Part shown: positions 45,877 to 55,370 of the stretch, piece by piece
Position numbering within the stretch: the first letter of the stretch is position 1
Layout of the letters: each line of letters begins with the position of its first letter
IMG/VR virus record: IMGVR_UViG_3300032675_000001
Span: 296,684 to 360,683 of that record
DNA length: 64,000 nt
Reading direction: 5' to 3' (one strand)
The notes under the pieces: model-generated
Told to the model about the DNA's origin: nothing
The model's input: only the letters and a program-made list of their open reading frames with translations
Databases searched by the model: none
Made by a program: the position numbers and the translations under genes

Positions 45877-46263
45877 TTAATATGAAAGCTTGACGAAATT
45901 CACACCACCGCCTTGGAAATCTTCTATAACGGCTCTCATATACACAAAAGTGCCTTCAATGTTGGTATAGGTAGAAGCGTTTGATGCAAGCTGTGCTGCC
46001 GAGTTAGGAGTAGCATTGGCATTGGCATCAAGCTCATATACGCTAAACCAATCTGTTTCTTGTGGATTTGTAGCAAGAGTTGCTTCAATGATAATGTTAC
46101 CTGTGCAGTTTGTCAAGCTAAGATTTACGGTTTGTAAATCTTGATTGCTGAGGTAATATGAAGCGGCAGGCTGCGCATTACCTTCTACAGTGTATGGTGC
46201 GCCGTTGCCCGGATTTATGTAGGGAGTTTGTGGTAATAGGATCAGGGTAGTTGCTTGTGCCAT
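45877..46263 (-). CDS. probable virion structural protein
   Basis: beta-rich, G.I.IEATL..P...DWF...G.FVY.RA; late operon. Confidence 0.6.
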   Translation of the reverse strand: MAQATTLILLPQTPYINPGNGAPYTVEGNAQPAASYYLSNQDLQTVNLSLTNCTGNIIIEATLATNPQETDWFSVYELDANANATPNSAAQLASNASTYTNIEGTFVYMRAVIEDFQGGGVNFVKLSY

Positions 46264-46427
46264 TATGCCGTTTCCACTTCTACCAAGACCCCATCACCCA
46301 CGAGTTCTTGTGTTACTTGTTCTAATGCAGCGTATACTTCGTCAGTGAGGATGTCTGTTGCATCTTCGCTGTCTCTGACAAGCTTACTAAGCTTGATTAC
46401 GAGAACATTTTCAACTAACTTTGCCAT
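46263..46427 (-). CDS. 54-aa hypothetical protein
   Basis: below cutoff; MAKLVENVLVIKLSKLVRD...LVEVETA, GGAG SD, TAATG coupling, TAAATA 46450-46455. Confidence 0.7.
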   Translation of the reverse strand: MAKLVENVLVIKLSKLVRDSEDATDILTDEVYAALEQVTQELVGDGVLVEVETA

Positions 46428-46457
46428 GAAATACTCCAATTATATGGAGTATTTATC

Positions 46458-47153
46458 TTAGTCTGGACGCTTTTCCAATTTGAAAGATTTACCAGTAATA
46501 TTAGGAAACAAAAGATGCATCATAGTCAACACTGATTCATTATTGTAATCAATTGTGCAGTTATCTCGCAACCAAATACGCTTGTATCCACTAGTAGACC
46601 TTAACCAGTTTTCAAGCGGAAGATTGCAATAAAGATCAGGAGTCCTTCTTACGTAGTCTAGAAGTTCTTCTCTAATCTCAAGTTCTACCCTCTTGTTCTT
46701 CAAATGCAATCTATACTTAAACTTTGGTTCTTTTGCAAAATACTTTACCCCAGCAGGCATGAGTTTAACTTCCGTGATTGTTGCAGCTTGGCTAATCTTT
46801 TTTACACCATCAAAAAGAGTAATGTCATTAGAAAAAAATGAAATGCTATCTCGTTCGTGTCGAGTTCCAGTATCAGGTTCGTTATTGAATTTCTTTTTGA
46901 ATGCTAGTATTTTTCCTAATTTTTTATACTCTGCTTCTGTCGGGTGAACAAATTCTGCTAACTGATACTTTTCCTTATTCAGTTCGTGAAACGTAGCATC
47001 ATATTCGATTCGTTCCCTTAATTCTTTTATGCTATTGCACCAGTACGCAAGATATAGAAACGGATGACTGATAGCAACTCTGTACTTATATTTGCTATAG
47101 TACAGAGTGCTACGTTGCTCAACCTTCAACTTCAATGATGCCATCTTCGCCAA
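46458..47153 (-). CDS. hypothetical protein (two internal KYKY/KFKY repeats)
   Basis: ORF overlapping clpA end. Confidence 0.7.
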   Translation of the reverse strand: MAKMASLKLKVEQRSTLYYSKYKYRVAISHPFLYLAYWCNSIKELRERIEYDATFHELNKEKYQLAEFVHPTEAEYKKLGKILAFKKKFNNEPDTGTRHERDSISFFSNDITLFDGVKKISQAATITEVKLMPAGVKYFAKEPKFKYRLHLKNKRVELEIREELLDYVRRTPDLYCNLPLENWLRSTSGYKRIWLRDNCTIDYNNESVLTMMHLLFPNITGKSFKLEKRPD

Positions 47154-49386
47154 CTCGTGCGGTTTGCTTTACGGTAACATCAAAGACAATCTGACCATCT
47201 TCCATGTTAGCCATGATGTTCGCATCCTTGATACGTTCAAAGAGAATCTTCTTTGAAAGCGGAACACGAATGAGTTCATCAATCTTACGACCAAGCGGAC
47301 GAGCACCCATCTTGGGATCATATCCCTTATCAGCAAGGTAATCAATCACAGGCTCACTCAGGTTAAGAGTGATATTGTGCTTTTCGTTGAGCGGCTTCTT
47401 CACATCTTCCAAGAACTTCACAACGATCTTCTTAATTGAAAGCGTATCCAACTTGTTGAACTTGCAGACAAGATCAAGACGATTACGGAACTCAGGCTTG
47501 AAGAACTGCTTCAGTGCCTTATCGTCTTCTCCGGTCTTTTCAAGATCACCAAAGCCGATATTGTTACGTTCATTGTCAGCCGAACCCAAGTTTGAAGTAA
47601 GAATGATGATCGTGTTCTTGCACGACACTTCCTTACCGTTGGAGCCAGTGATACGACCTTCATCAAGCATCTGCAAGAAGATGTTGAAAATATCAGGATG
47701 TGCCTTTTCAACTTCGTCAAACAGAAGAATAGAATGCGGGTTCTTGCTCAAGTCTGAAATCAAACGTCCACCTTGAACCTGTGAATCGCTGAAGCCAACA
47801 TAACCTGGGGGAGGACCGATCAAGCTGCTTACGCTGTGCTTCTCACTGTATTCCGACATGTCATACTTGTGAAGCGGCATATCCAAGTTCTTGGACAGCA
47901 ACTTTGCCAACTCTGTTTTACCAGTTCCCGTTGGACCCAAGAACAAGAAGCTCGCAATCGGCTTCTTTTCGTTACCGATCCCCGCAAACGAGACATATAC
48001 ACGCTCAAGAACATCGTTGACGGTCTTATCCTGACCATACAGCTTGTCCTTGACGTTTGCTTCAAGATTCTGAACACGATCCATGTTGTCTCCGCTAAGT
48101 TTATCAGCAGGTACACCAGTGAACTTTTCAACCTGTTCGTGAATCAACTTCTTAGTAATGATTGCTTCATCGTTGCCAAGAACCTTCTGCTTCGCACAAG
48201 CGGCATCAAGCAAGTCAATAGCCTTGTCAGGGTTCTTGCGATCATGAATATACCGGGCAGCACTATCAACAGCAGCTTCAACGGCTTCCTGAGTGATGTT
48301 CACATTATGGAAGTCATTCAATCGTGCAGACAGACCACTCAAAATGCGAATGGTAGAGTCGTGCGAAGGCTCGTCAATGCTGACGCGATAAAAACGGCGC
48401 ATCAAAGCACGGTCCTTCTCAAAAGACTCGTAAAACTCTTCCCACGTGGTAGAAGCAATGACCTTGAGAGTACCCTTAGTGATAGCAGGCTTGATCATGC
48501 TCGCAAAGTCAGGACCGCTGTTGCCAGCATTCCCTGCACCCTGCATAGTATGCGCTTCGTCAATGAAGAGAATCGCCTTCTTCTTGGCATTCAATGCTTC
48601 AAGAACGTTCTTGATCTTTTCCTCAAAGTCACCGCGATAACGCGAACCAGCCAGCAACGAACCAACTTCAAGCGAGTAAAGTTCATGGTCAAGCAAGAAG
48701 TCAGGAACTTCCTTGTTTACGATTGCCTGTGCAATACCTTCTGCGATTGCAGTCTTACCAACGCCCGGATCACCAACCATAAGCACGTTAGACTTGAAAC
48801 GCTTGGCGAGAACATTGACAATATCATCAATCTCAGTAGCACGACCGATCACCGGCTCAAGCTTTTCATCACGAGCAAGCTGAGTGAGATTGATAGTATA
48901 TTCTTCAAGGATTTCATCAGCCTGAGAATCACTGATGGTGCTGCTTGAAACTCCGCCCTTGTAGTTCTTTTCCCAATGACGAACAAAATCAGTCTTGGTG
49001 ATGCCGTACTTTAGCAAAAAGTAATGAGCATGTGAGTTGCCCTCACTTGCAATAGAAAGATACAGATCAATCGTGGTAACCTGACGGCGACCTGTAAAAA
49101 GAACCTGCGTAACTGAACGATTCATCACACGTTCAAGCGCATTAGTCTTGCGTGGATTGCAGTTTGGATCAGTGGATTCGATTGCATGAAGAGAGTTTAC
49201 ATATGCCTCAACTTCAGAAATCATAAGATCAGTGTCAACATTGAACTGATTCATGCACTTTTTGAACGGTGGGTGAGTGATCAGTGCCAGCAATAGATGC
49301 TCAATCGTGCAATACTGATGCTGACGAGTCTTTGCAGCCTCAACTGCGCGTTCAATAATATTTTCAATTTCAGGTGACGTTTGCAA
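47119..49386 (-). CDS. clpA: ATP-dependent Clp protease ATPase subunit
   Basis: Clp-N EHLLLAL; GDPGVGKT/FIDE; GPTGTGKT/FDEVEKAH; IGF-type loop (NIGFG); no ClpB middle domain. Confidence 0.93.
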   Translation of the reverse strand: MQTSPEIENIIERAVEAAKTRQHQYCTIEHLLLALITHPPFKKCMNQFNVDTDLMISEVEAYVNSLHAIESTDPNCNPRKTNALERVMNRSVTQVLFTGRRQVTTIDLYLSIASEGNSHAHYFLLKYGITKTDFVRHWEKNYKGGVSSSTISDSQADEILEEYTINLTQLARDEKLEPVIGRATEIDDIVNVLAKRFKSNVLMVGDPGVGKTAIAEGIAQAIVNKEVPDFLLDHELYSLEVGSLLAGSRYRGDFEEKIKNVLEALNAKKKAILFIDEAHTMQGAGNAGNSGPDFASMIKPAITKGTLKVIASTTWEEFYESFEKDRALMRRFYRVSIDEPSHDSTIRILSGLSARLNDFHNVNITQEAVEAAVDSAARYIHDRKNPDKAIDLLDAACAKQKVLGNDEAIITKKLIHEQVEKFTGVPADKLSGDNMDRVQNLEANVKDKLYGQDKTVNDVLERVYVSFAGIGNEKKPIASFLFLGPTGTGKTELAKLLSKNLDMPLHKYDMSEYSEKHSVSSLIGPPPGYVGFSDSQVQGGRLISDLSKNPHSILLFDEVEKAHPDIFNIFLQMLDEGRITGSNGKEVSCKNTIIILTSNLGSADNERNNIGFGDLEKTGEDDKALKQFFKPEFRNRLDLVCKFNKLDTLSIKKIVVKFLEDVKKPLNEKHNITLNLSEPVIDYLADKGYDPKMGARPLGRKIDELIRVPLSKKILFERIKDANIMANMEDGQIVFDVTVKQTARVGEDGIIEVEG

Positions 49387-49397
49387 TTTTAAATCCT

Positions 49398-50186
49398 TTA
49401 GGTAGTTTGGTTACGCTTGATACTTTCAATGACATCAATGCTTACATTATCAGGAATGAATGGTTTTAGCAAGAGAATTTGATCACCATATTGCCCATTT
49501 TGCATAGGCATACCGTAACCGGGCAGTCTAATTTGCTGATACGGTTGGGTTTTTTCATGAATTTTCACTTCAATTTTTTTTCCACCAATCGTGTCAACTT
49601 CTACCACAGTTCCGACGATAAGATCGAGAACTGAAATAGAAAGATTTGAGTAAAGATCGTATCCTTTACGATCAAAACGCAAATCTGGCATAACGATAAA
49701 CTCTACCAAGAGAGTTGCATCGTCAATGACACCTTCATAACGTATTTGGCTACCAGAGTCAACACCTTTTGGTACCTTGATGGTGATGAGTTTTGTTCCG
49801 TTAGGCGTATTGGCCTGTAGGAAGTGTTCTGCACCATTGTATGCGTCAATGAGTGAGACTGTCACTCTAGTTCTGTATGTAGGCTTTTGTGGCTGTCTCT
49901 GATGCATGTTTTGACCAAAAACCTGACTGAACAGACTATCAATATCAAAACCATTGACATTAAAGTTGAATCCACCCGGCATTCCGTTAAACTGTGGTTG
50001 CGGGTTATCATATTGTGACTTTTTAGCAGGGTCGCTTAATGTTTCGTATGCCGTGCTAATTTCTTGAAATTTTGCTAGATCACCACCCTTATCAGGATGA
50101 TGCTGCATTGCTAGTTTACGATATGCTTTTTTGATTTCTTCTGGGGAAGCATCTCGCGATACTCCCAGTGTGTTATAATGATCCAT
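49398..50186 (-). CDS. dnaJ: DnaJ-class co-chaperone (type II/CbpA-like)
   Basis: J-domain with HPD, G/F region, C-terminal domain, no zinc finger; start may be 50186 or 50192. Confidence 0.9.
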   Translation of the reverse strand: MDHYNTLGVSRDASPEEIKKAYRKLAMQHHPDKGGDLAKFQEISTAYETLSDPAKKSQYDNPQPQFNGMPGGFNFNVNGFDIDSLFSQVFGQNMHQRQPQKPTYRTRVTVSLIDAYNGAEHFLQANTPNGTKLITIKVPKGVDSGSQIRYEGVIDDATLLVEFIVMPDLRFDRKGYDLYSNLSISVLDLIVGTVVEVDTIGGKKIEVKIHEKTQPYQQIRLPGYGMPMQNGQYGDQILLLKPFIPDNVSIDVIESIKRNQTT

Positions 50187-50221
50187 TTTCATATCCTAAC
50201 ACACTGGGAGTTGAATGTCAA
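50161..50221 (-). promoter_or_regulatory. sigma70 promoter overlapping a perfect 15-bp inverted repeat around the dnaJ start
   Basis: TTGACA-N17-TAGGAT; arms 50161-50175 and 50197-50211. Confidence 0.75.
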
Positions 50222-50225
50222 TATA

Positions 50226-51218
50226 TTAGTGGAATCCACCAAGTCCTGAACTGCCCGGTAACCCACTGGCACCCGGCAAGCCGCCACTCATACCTAAGCC
50301 ACCTGACATGCCACTTGTGTTAGCCAATCCAGTTGGAGCAGGAGGTGCTGGCGGAGCGATTCCTACTGGTGCAGGAGTTGCTGTTGAATTAGTAGATACA
50401 CCCTGAATCTTTTCTTGAGTACGACCATATGCTGCAATACCAAGAACGGCACCCATCGCAACGTGGAACAATCCAGCGCCCTGTAAAGTAAGCGGTTGCC
50501 ACTGTACATTTACTGCGCCGTGAAAGATTGCCTGTACGATTGACCAAAGAATAGGAGCAATAACAAAGTCAAATACGCAAACGCCCATATACATCCAGCC
50601 CATAACTGGACGCCACTTTTTGTTGATCCAGTCTTCGTTGGTATTGGCTACTAGAACATCAGCACCTTGTGCAGCATTATTTCCTGCGCTGGTCATGTTC
50701 CCCTGAACGACTACGCCCATGCCCATCTGGCCACCCATTTGACCGCCCATGCCTCCAGACATACCGCCCATGCCCATGCCTCCAGACATACCGCCCATGC
50801 CCATGCCTCCAGACATACCGCCCATGCCCATGCCGCCCATACCACTGCCTTGCGTGACACCGACTCCCACGGACATCCCGCTGCCCATGCTGCTTCCGAA
50901 CCCACTACTAGATGGTGGATTTGTTTGATTGGCCGCTACATTCATTTGTTGCATGTGTTGCAACATATCCGGATCGTTAGTGAGTGATGCAACATGCTCA
51001 TCATTTTTACCAACGATTTGCATGTGCTCATCATTATCTTTTGTTGCTAATGCAGCAGGTTCGGATGATGGCTTAGGTGCGGTGTCTTCATCGTCATCTG
51101 GCTGACCATCATCGTCTCCGTCTGTTTGACTTGGCATCGGAGCACTCTGAGGTGGAACACCCTGAGTTGGGTCAGTTGTACCTGGAATTCCTTGTGTCGC
51201 GTCCTGTGTGTCATCCAT
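50226..51218 (-). CDS. 3TM-holin-like membrane protein with long low-complexity termini
   Basis: WINKKWRP.MGW.Y...C.FDF...P; WQPLTLQG.GLFH.AMGAVLG...GRT.EK. Confidence 0.7.
   Translation of the reverse strand: MDDTQDATQGIPGTTDPTQGVPPQSAPMPSQTDGDDDGQPDDDEDTAPKPSSEPAALATKDNDEHMQIVGKNDEHVASLTNDPDMLQHMQQMNVAANQTNPPSSSGFGSSMGSGMSVGVGVTQGSGMGGMGMGGMSGGMGMGGMSGGMGMGGMSGGMGGQMGGQMGMGVVVQGNMTSAGNNAAQGADVLVANTNEDWINKKWRPVMGWMYMGVCVFDFVIAPILWSIVQAIFHGAVNVQWQPLTLQGAGLFHVAMGAVLGIAAYGRTQEKIQGVSTNSTATPAPVGIAPPAPPAPTGLANTSGMSGGLGMSGGLPGASGLPGSSGLGGFH
50745..50834. repeat. 27-bp tandem repeat x3.3 (GGMGMGGMS)
   Basis: gcccatgcctccagacataccgcccat repeated perfectly. Confidence 0.9.
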
Positions 51219-51221
51219 AAA

Positions 51222-51764
51222 TTACATTCCTGCCATTGCTTTTAAGTTCTTGATGTATTCATCGTTATTGTGGCCCGCAGTTACCGGTTCAATCCCAGCA
51301 CGTTTGCGAACTTCATTTAATTCTTCGTCAGTTTCATGGGCTTCTTTGTACTCACCGGGATTCAGAATCATTTTACTTCCGATTATTTCAGGGTCTGCAT
51401 CATAACCTTCATTGTCAATCTCAACTGTCCAGTCTTTTAACTTATACCCAGTTAATGTTTGTAAATCAGATAATAGTCTGCAAATTCTTTCAGGTACTTT
51501 CGTTCTGCGTTCCATTTCAACGAATACCAGATATTTTCCCGGCTCGATTTCACCGTCACTAATACTTGCGTCTAATACAAAATCATATCCTCTCTCAAAC
51601 CAAGAGACTAAATCTTGACCGGCAAGTTCCGAATATACTGTAAAAGCAAGAGTTACTATAGCAGCATCGCTTCCCATTTTTGCAGCATATTCATCGACAG
51701 ATACCTTATCACCCATCTGCCCTTCCATGTCCATATAATCTAGGTTTTCGTTAAGAATAGCCAT
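51222..51764 (-). CDS. conserved-type late hypothetical protein
   Basis: DE...KMG.D...F......DLV.W.E.GY.FVLDA..S.GE...Y.VFVE. Confidence 0.75.
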   Translation of the reverse strand: MAILNENLDYMDMEGQMGDKVSVDEYAAKMGSDAAIVTLAFTVYSELAGQDLVSWFERGYDFVLDASISDGEIEPGKYLVFVEMERRTKVPERICRLLSDLQTLTGYKLKDWTVEIDNEGYDADPEIIGSKMILNPGEYKEAHETDEELNEVRKRAGIEPVTAGHNNDEYIKNLKAMAGM

Positions 51765-51766
51765 AG

Positions 51767-52378
51767 TTAACCCTGTGGTGCAGCGGAAGGTGGCATTGCT
51801 GCTTGTTGAGCCATTGGTTGATTTTGGTCTTGCATTGTTTCTGCACCGTGTTCTTGACTGTCCATTTCATCAAGGTCTTCGTTGTATGCATCTTCAATGT
51901 CTGAAAGGTCAATAGTTTGATCAGCAAGATCAATTGATCCTTCTTTGATGTCATTCATGAGTTCAATTGGAATCTTGATTTCAACAAACCAAACTTTGCG
52001 TTTTTTCATTTTTGGATATCTGGTTCCCGGAACAAAATCTTCATAGTCTTGTACTTCTACAGGAACTTCAAGTTCTGACTTTCCAAATGTTACTTTGCAT
52101 CCAATCGCATCCAATCTCAGTGCGCCTCGTGGATCAGGCATCAACTTGTAAGGCCACATGAAAGTACATTTGCAAGAATATCTGCCGACAACTGGACCAT
52201 CTACAAGTTCACCAATGAGCCAATTTTTGTATGCGTACAGGTCTGCTTCGTCCAATACTCGCTCAAAGTCAAGTAAGGTGGACATGGAGCCATCGCTCAT
52301 GTAAACGTTCTTAATCGTATCAACAATGCTTACGAAGTTAACGTCATTAAAGAATTTATCTGCTGGTAAACTAGTCAT
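51767..52378 (-). CDS. conserved-type late hypothetical protein
   Basis: L.DFERVLD..DLY.Y.NW..GELV.GP...MPDP.G..RL; TAAATA-N5-ATG. Confidence 0.75.
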   Translation of the reverse strand: MTSLPADKFFNDVNFVSIVDTIKNVYMSDGSMSTLLDFERVLDEADLYAYKNWLIGELVDGPVVGRYSCKCTFMWPYKLMPDPRGALRLDAIGCKVTFGKSELEVPVEVQDYEDFVPGTRYPKMKKRKVWFVEIKIPIELMNDIKEGSIDLADQTIDLSDIEDAYNEDLDEMDSQEHGAETMQDQNQPMAQQAAMPPSAAPQG

Positions 52379-52559
52379 ACGAGTATTTATCTTTTTAGGA
52401 CTATTGCAAGGAATTCGGTAGAATTCTTGCAGCGTAGATTAGTATTTATCCCGTGAAACTATTTTACTGTTGCTGATAGTTTACACATTCTGAATATCTA
52501 AGTATCTATGAGAGCAAGTTGTGCTTCTCAATAACGGTGTATCAGATTAGGAGAATCAT

Positions 52560-53339
52560 GTGACCAAACGCAAAACAAGCGCACTTAGACAGAAAGACAC
52601 CCGTTCTGGAAGAAGATATCAAGATAACGAAAGTAAGGCACATTACATGAAGGAATCAAAGACTATCGACTTCACCCAAGCCCAACCCAAAAGACAAACG
52701 AAACCAGTAGAGTTAGTGCCTCAGAGCATAAATCAGGAAAAATATATTATAGCATTGACAGACCCTGAAACAGACATCGTAGTGGTTAGTGGACCAGCGG
52801 GTACCGGCAAAACATACCTCGCTATGTTAGCAGCTATCAAAGCAATGAGACAAGGAGACTGTGATAAGATATTACTTACAAGACCAGCAGTTGCAGTTGA
52901 TGATGAAAGGCATGGGTTTCTACCCGGCGATTTGAATCAAAAAATGGAACCGTGGGTTAGACCTCTATTTGACGTATTAAGAGAGTTCTATAACACAAAA
53001 GAACTTGAATATATGGTTGAAGAACAAATTATCGAAATCGCTCCGCTCGCATTTTGCCGTGGACGTAACTTCAAGCACAGTTGGATCATTTTAGATGAAG
53101 CACAGAATGCTACACCTAGCCAGATGAAAATGCTAATGACTAGAATTGGTGAGGGCAGTAAGATAGTCATTACTGGAGATGTAGAACAGACTGATCGTAG
53201 AACACCTGAAAACGGCTTGTTAGACCTCACGCACAAGATTCAAAAGTACAATGTGCCCGGAATGAAGGCTTGTCAATTTGATACTAAAGATATTAGAAGA
53301 CATGAAATCATTGAACACATTTTGAATATGTATTCATAA
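52560..53339 (+). CDS. phoH: PhoH-family ATPase
   Basis: GPAGTGKT, RPAV, GFLPG, RGR.F, DEAQN, GD..Q.D. Confidence 0.95.
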   Translation: MTKRKTSALRQKDTRSGRRYQDNESKAHYMKESKTIDFTQAQPKRQTKPVELVPQSINQEKYIIALTDPETDIVVVSGPAGTGKTYLAMLAAIKAMRQGDCDKILLTRPAVAVDDERHGFLPGDLNQKMEPWVRPLFDVLREFYNTKELEYMVEEQIIEIAPLAFCRGRNFKHSWIILDEAQNATPSQMKMLMTRIGEGSKIVITGDVEQTDRRTPENGLLDLTHKIQKYNVPGMKACQFDTKDIRRHEIIEHILNMYS

Positions 53340-53341
53340 AG

Positions 53342-53365
53342 TTAACGGGGCGAAAGCCCCGTTAA
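53342..53365. terminator. bidirectional terminator between convergent genes
   Basis: TTAACGGGGC-GAAA-GCCCCGTTAA. Confidence 0.85.
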
Positions 53366-53368
53366 TAA

Positions 53369-53650
53369 TTACTTTCTGCCCTTTTTCTGTTCAGCCATAG
53401 TAATCGGTGCTTCCCGATCAAGTTGCCCAATCAGATTAGGATAAATTTTCAAATAATATTCACGCAGCTTTGCAAAGTCAGCGTCATGTTCCTTGCCTTC
53501 AATCACTGACTTGACAATAGTTTTCGTACCAAAGTCAACAATGACATTGGCATTCTCTTTGTCACGAGGAGTGACGTTTTTGGAGACAGAAACGATTTCA
53601 TCAATTCTGCCATTTGTCTTTCTTAAGAAACTTACTAAAAGATATCGCAT
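53369..53650 (-). CDS. hypothetical protein
   Basis: MRYLLVSF start, TAATG coupling. Confidence 0.75.
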   Translation of the reverse strand: MRYLLVSFLRKTNGRIDEIVSVSKNVTPRDKENANVIVDFGTKTIVKSVIEGKEHDADFAKLREYYLKIYPNLIGQLDREAPITMAEQKKGRK

Positions 53651-53928
53651 TAATGTTCCTCCCAACAGTTTTTTTCATAGTCCCAGTGACGCTTATCGTA
53701 AAAATTGATCATGAAAAAATGCCTAAACAGTTCAATTTCAAACATCAATCCTGCATGATCACGTCCATATGGTGAAAAGTCTAGTGACAAACCGATTAAA
53801 CTATTTCCACCTTGACTCATTTGGACTTCTAGATTCTTGTTCTTACTTAGCTTCCATGTCTTTTCAATATAATCTTTTTGTTTGATTTCTTTGAAAGGCC
53901 AGCTAAGATTGAACCCTAAACGGATCAT
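53650..53928 (-). CDS. hypothetical protein
   Basis: DHAGL...FYD.RHWD. Confidence 0.75.
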   Translation of the reverse strand: MIRLGFNLSWPFKEIKQKDYIEKTWKLSKNKNLEVQMSQGGNSLIGLSLDFSPYGRDHAGLMFEIELFRHFFMINFYDKRHWDYEKNCWEEH

Positions 53929-53940
53929 GCTGTTAATACC

Positions 53941-54870
53941 TCATATAGTAGTTAATTCGCAAAGTGTTGCTGCCATACTGATTTCGGGAATACCAACGAG
54001 CGGCAGATTTGCTAGCCCATTACGAATAGTAATGATAGCAGCATCCTTTTTCTCGGTAGTGTTGCCCCATAGATCAAGATTGTCATACATCCATCGGTAA
54101 CAGTCTTCAATACGAGTAGGATACAGTGAAATGTATTGCAACAACTGCTGGCGACCTTCAAGAATCTTCCCAGACTTAAAAAGTTCTGTAGCAGCAACAA
54201 GAAGTTCATCTTCTCCACTACCGGTTGACTGCGGTTTGTTCAGTGTTCCACTCGTGGAGTTCTGTTGCAACTGATTAAGACACTTGCGTAGATCAGGATA
54301 TGAACTACGCACATATGTATCAAGATCATCCAAATCAAACTCAATCCCCTCATTGAGCAACACAGTGGCTGCACGAGTGGTGAAGTCAGTCATGTCTGGT
54401 TTAGCAATATGAAACTTGTAGCAGCGGCTTTCACGCAATGCCGCAATGATCTTATGCTCATAGTTGCAAGTAAGAATATAACGCACCGTGTCAGCATATG
54501 CTTCCATATCATTACGAAGTGCCGCCTGTGATGCCTGTGTCAAGTAGTCTGCTTCGTCTAGCAAAACTACCTTGAACTTACCGAATGGCATAGTCTGCAC
54601 GAAGCCATTGATCTTGTCGCGTAGGAAATCAATGCCGTTTTCTCTGGAAGCATTGATTTCAAGAACATCATATTCTTCTACGTCAAGTGCCTTAATAAGG
54701 ACTTTAGCGAGTGTAGTTTTGCCAGTGCCGGGATCACCAGATAGAAGCAGGTGTGGAATAGTTCCTTCTTGAATCCAATGTTCTACTTGCTTCTTCTGAT
54801 TCTCATTAACAAATACATATTCATCAATAGATACAGGTCTATACTTCTCAACCCAAAGTTGATTTTTCAT
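53941..54870 (-). CDS. clamp loader AAA+ subunit (gp44/RFC-like)
   Basis: LWVEKYRP, GDPGTGKTT, INAS, LDEAD, SRC. Confidence 0.93.
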   Translation of the reverse strand: MKNQLWVEKYRPVSIDEYVFVNENQKKQVEHWIQEGTIPHLLLSGDPGTGKTTLAKVLIKALDVEEYDVLEINASRENGIDFLRDKINGFVQTMPFGKFKVVLLDEADYLTQASQAALRNDMEAYADTVRYILTCNYEHKIIAALRESRCYKFHIAKPDMTDFTTRAATVLLNEGIEFDLDDLDTYVRSSYPDLRKCLNQLQQNSTSGTLNKPQSTGSGEDELLVAATELFKSGKILEGRQQLLQYISLYPTRIEDCYRWMYDNLDLWGNTTEKKDAAIITIRNGLANLPLVGIPEISMAATLCELTTI

Positions 54871-54897
54871 ATTTCACTTTCATTTGTTTGAGATTGT

Positions 54898-54926
54898 ATT
54901 CTATATGATTTTGGGGAAAATGTCAA
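54898..54926 (-). promoter_or_regulatory. sigma70-type promoter
   Basis: TTGACA-N17-TAGAAT. Confidence 0.8.
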
Positions 54927-54929
54927 GAG

Positions 54930-54989
54930 TTTTGGGAAGTGGGGGCAGTTGCATAGCACTCCGCCAAAATGTTTATCCACTCCCCAAAA
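54930..54989 (-). other. nested stem-loop downstream of groES
   Basis: 13-bp outer stem and GGCGG/CTGCC inner stem, with G-U pairs valid on minus strand. Confidence 0.5.
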
Positions 54990-54993
54990 ACCT

Positions 54994-55368
54994 TTAATAA
55001 TCTACACCTGTCATAGTGTAGTCTTCAACTTTTTCTTTACTTATTAACAAAATATCATTAGGGTCTACTTTACGGATGACTTTCTCGCCGTCTTCGTCTT
55101 CAATGGTTTGACCACGTGACCAGCGACCGTGTGCTATCATAATATAATCGCCTACTTCTATATCTTCTTTTGATTTAGGTCCTACTGCATATACCTGTGC
55201 CCAACGGGGACGGATACCTGCACTTTTCATATCGTCATCTAGCAAAATGAGTCCACCCCGACTTAGACGTTCTCTGAACTCCATTCCATGAACTAGGATA
55301 TGATCTCCTAATGCACGGAACTCACTTTTTTTAAATACTGATTTAGTTAAGTTACGTTTTTCAGCCAT
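54994..55368 (-). CDS. groES: GroES-like co-chaperonin
   Basis: AL.D.ILV...GGLIL....V.AVGP....VGD.I. Confidence 0.85.
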   Translation of the reverse strand: MAEKRNLTKSVFKKSEFRALGDHILVHGMEFRERLSRGGLILLDDDMKSAGIRPRWAQVYAVGPKSKEDIEVGDYIMIAHGRWSRGQTIEDEDGEKVIRKVDPNDILLISKEKVEDYTMTGVDY

Positions 55369-55370
55369 TG

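Noticed and set aside
2738-48948. Long plus-strand ORFs (2738-3523, 9201-10019, 47836-48948 and similar)
   Set aside because: They lie wholly antisense to well-supported genes, lack motifs and RBS, and are explained by codon bias of the real strand.
54954-54961. TAGCACTC as a CIRCE/HrcA operator near groES
   Set aside because: Only a half-site, no second arm at 9-nt spacing, and it lies downstream of groES.
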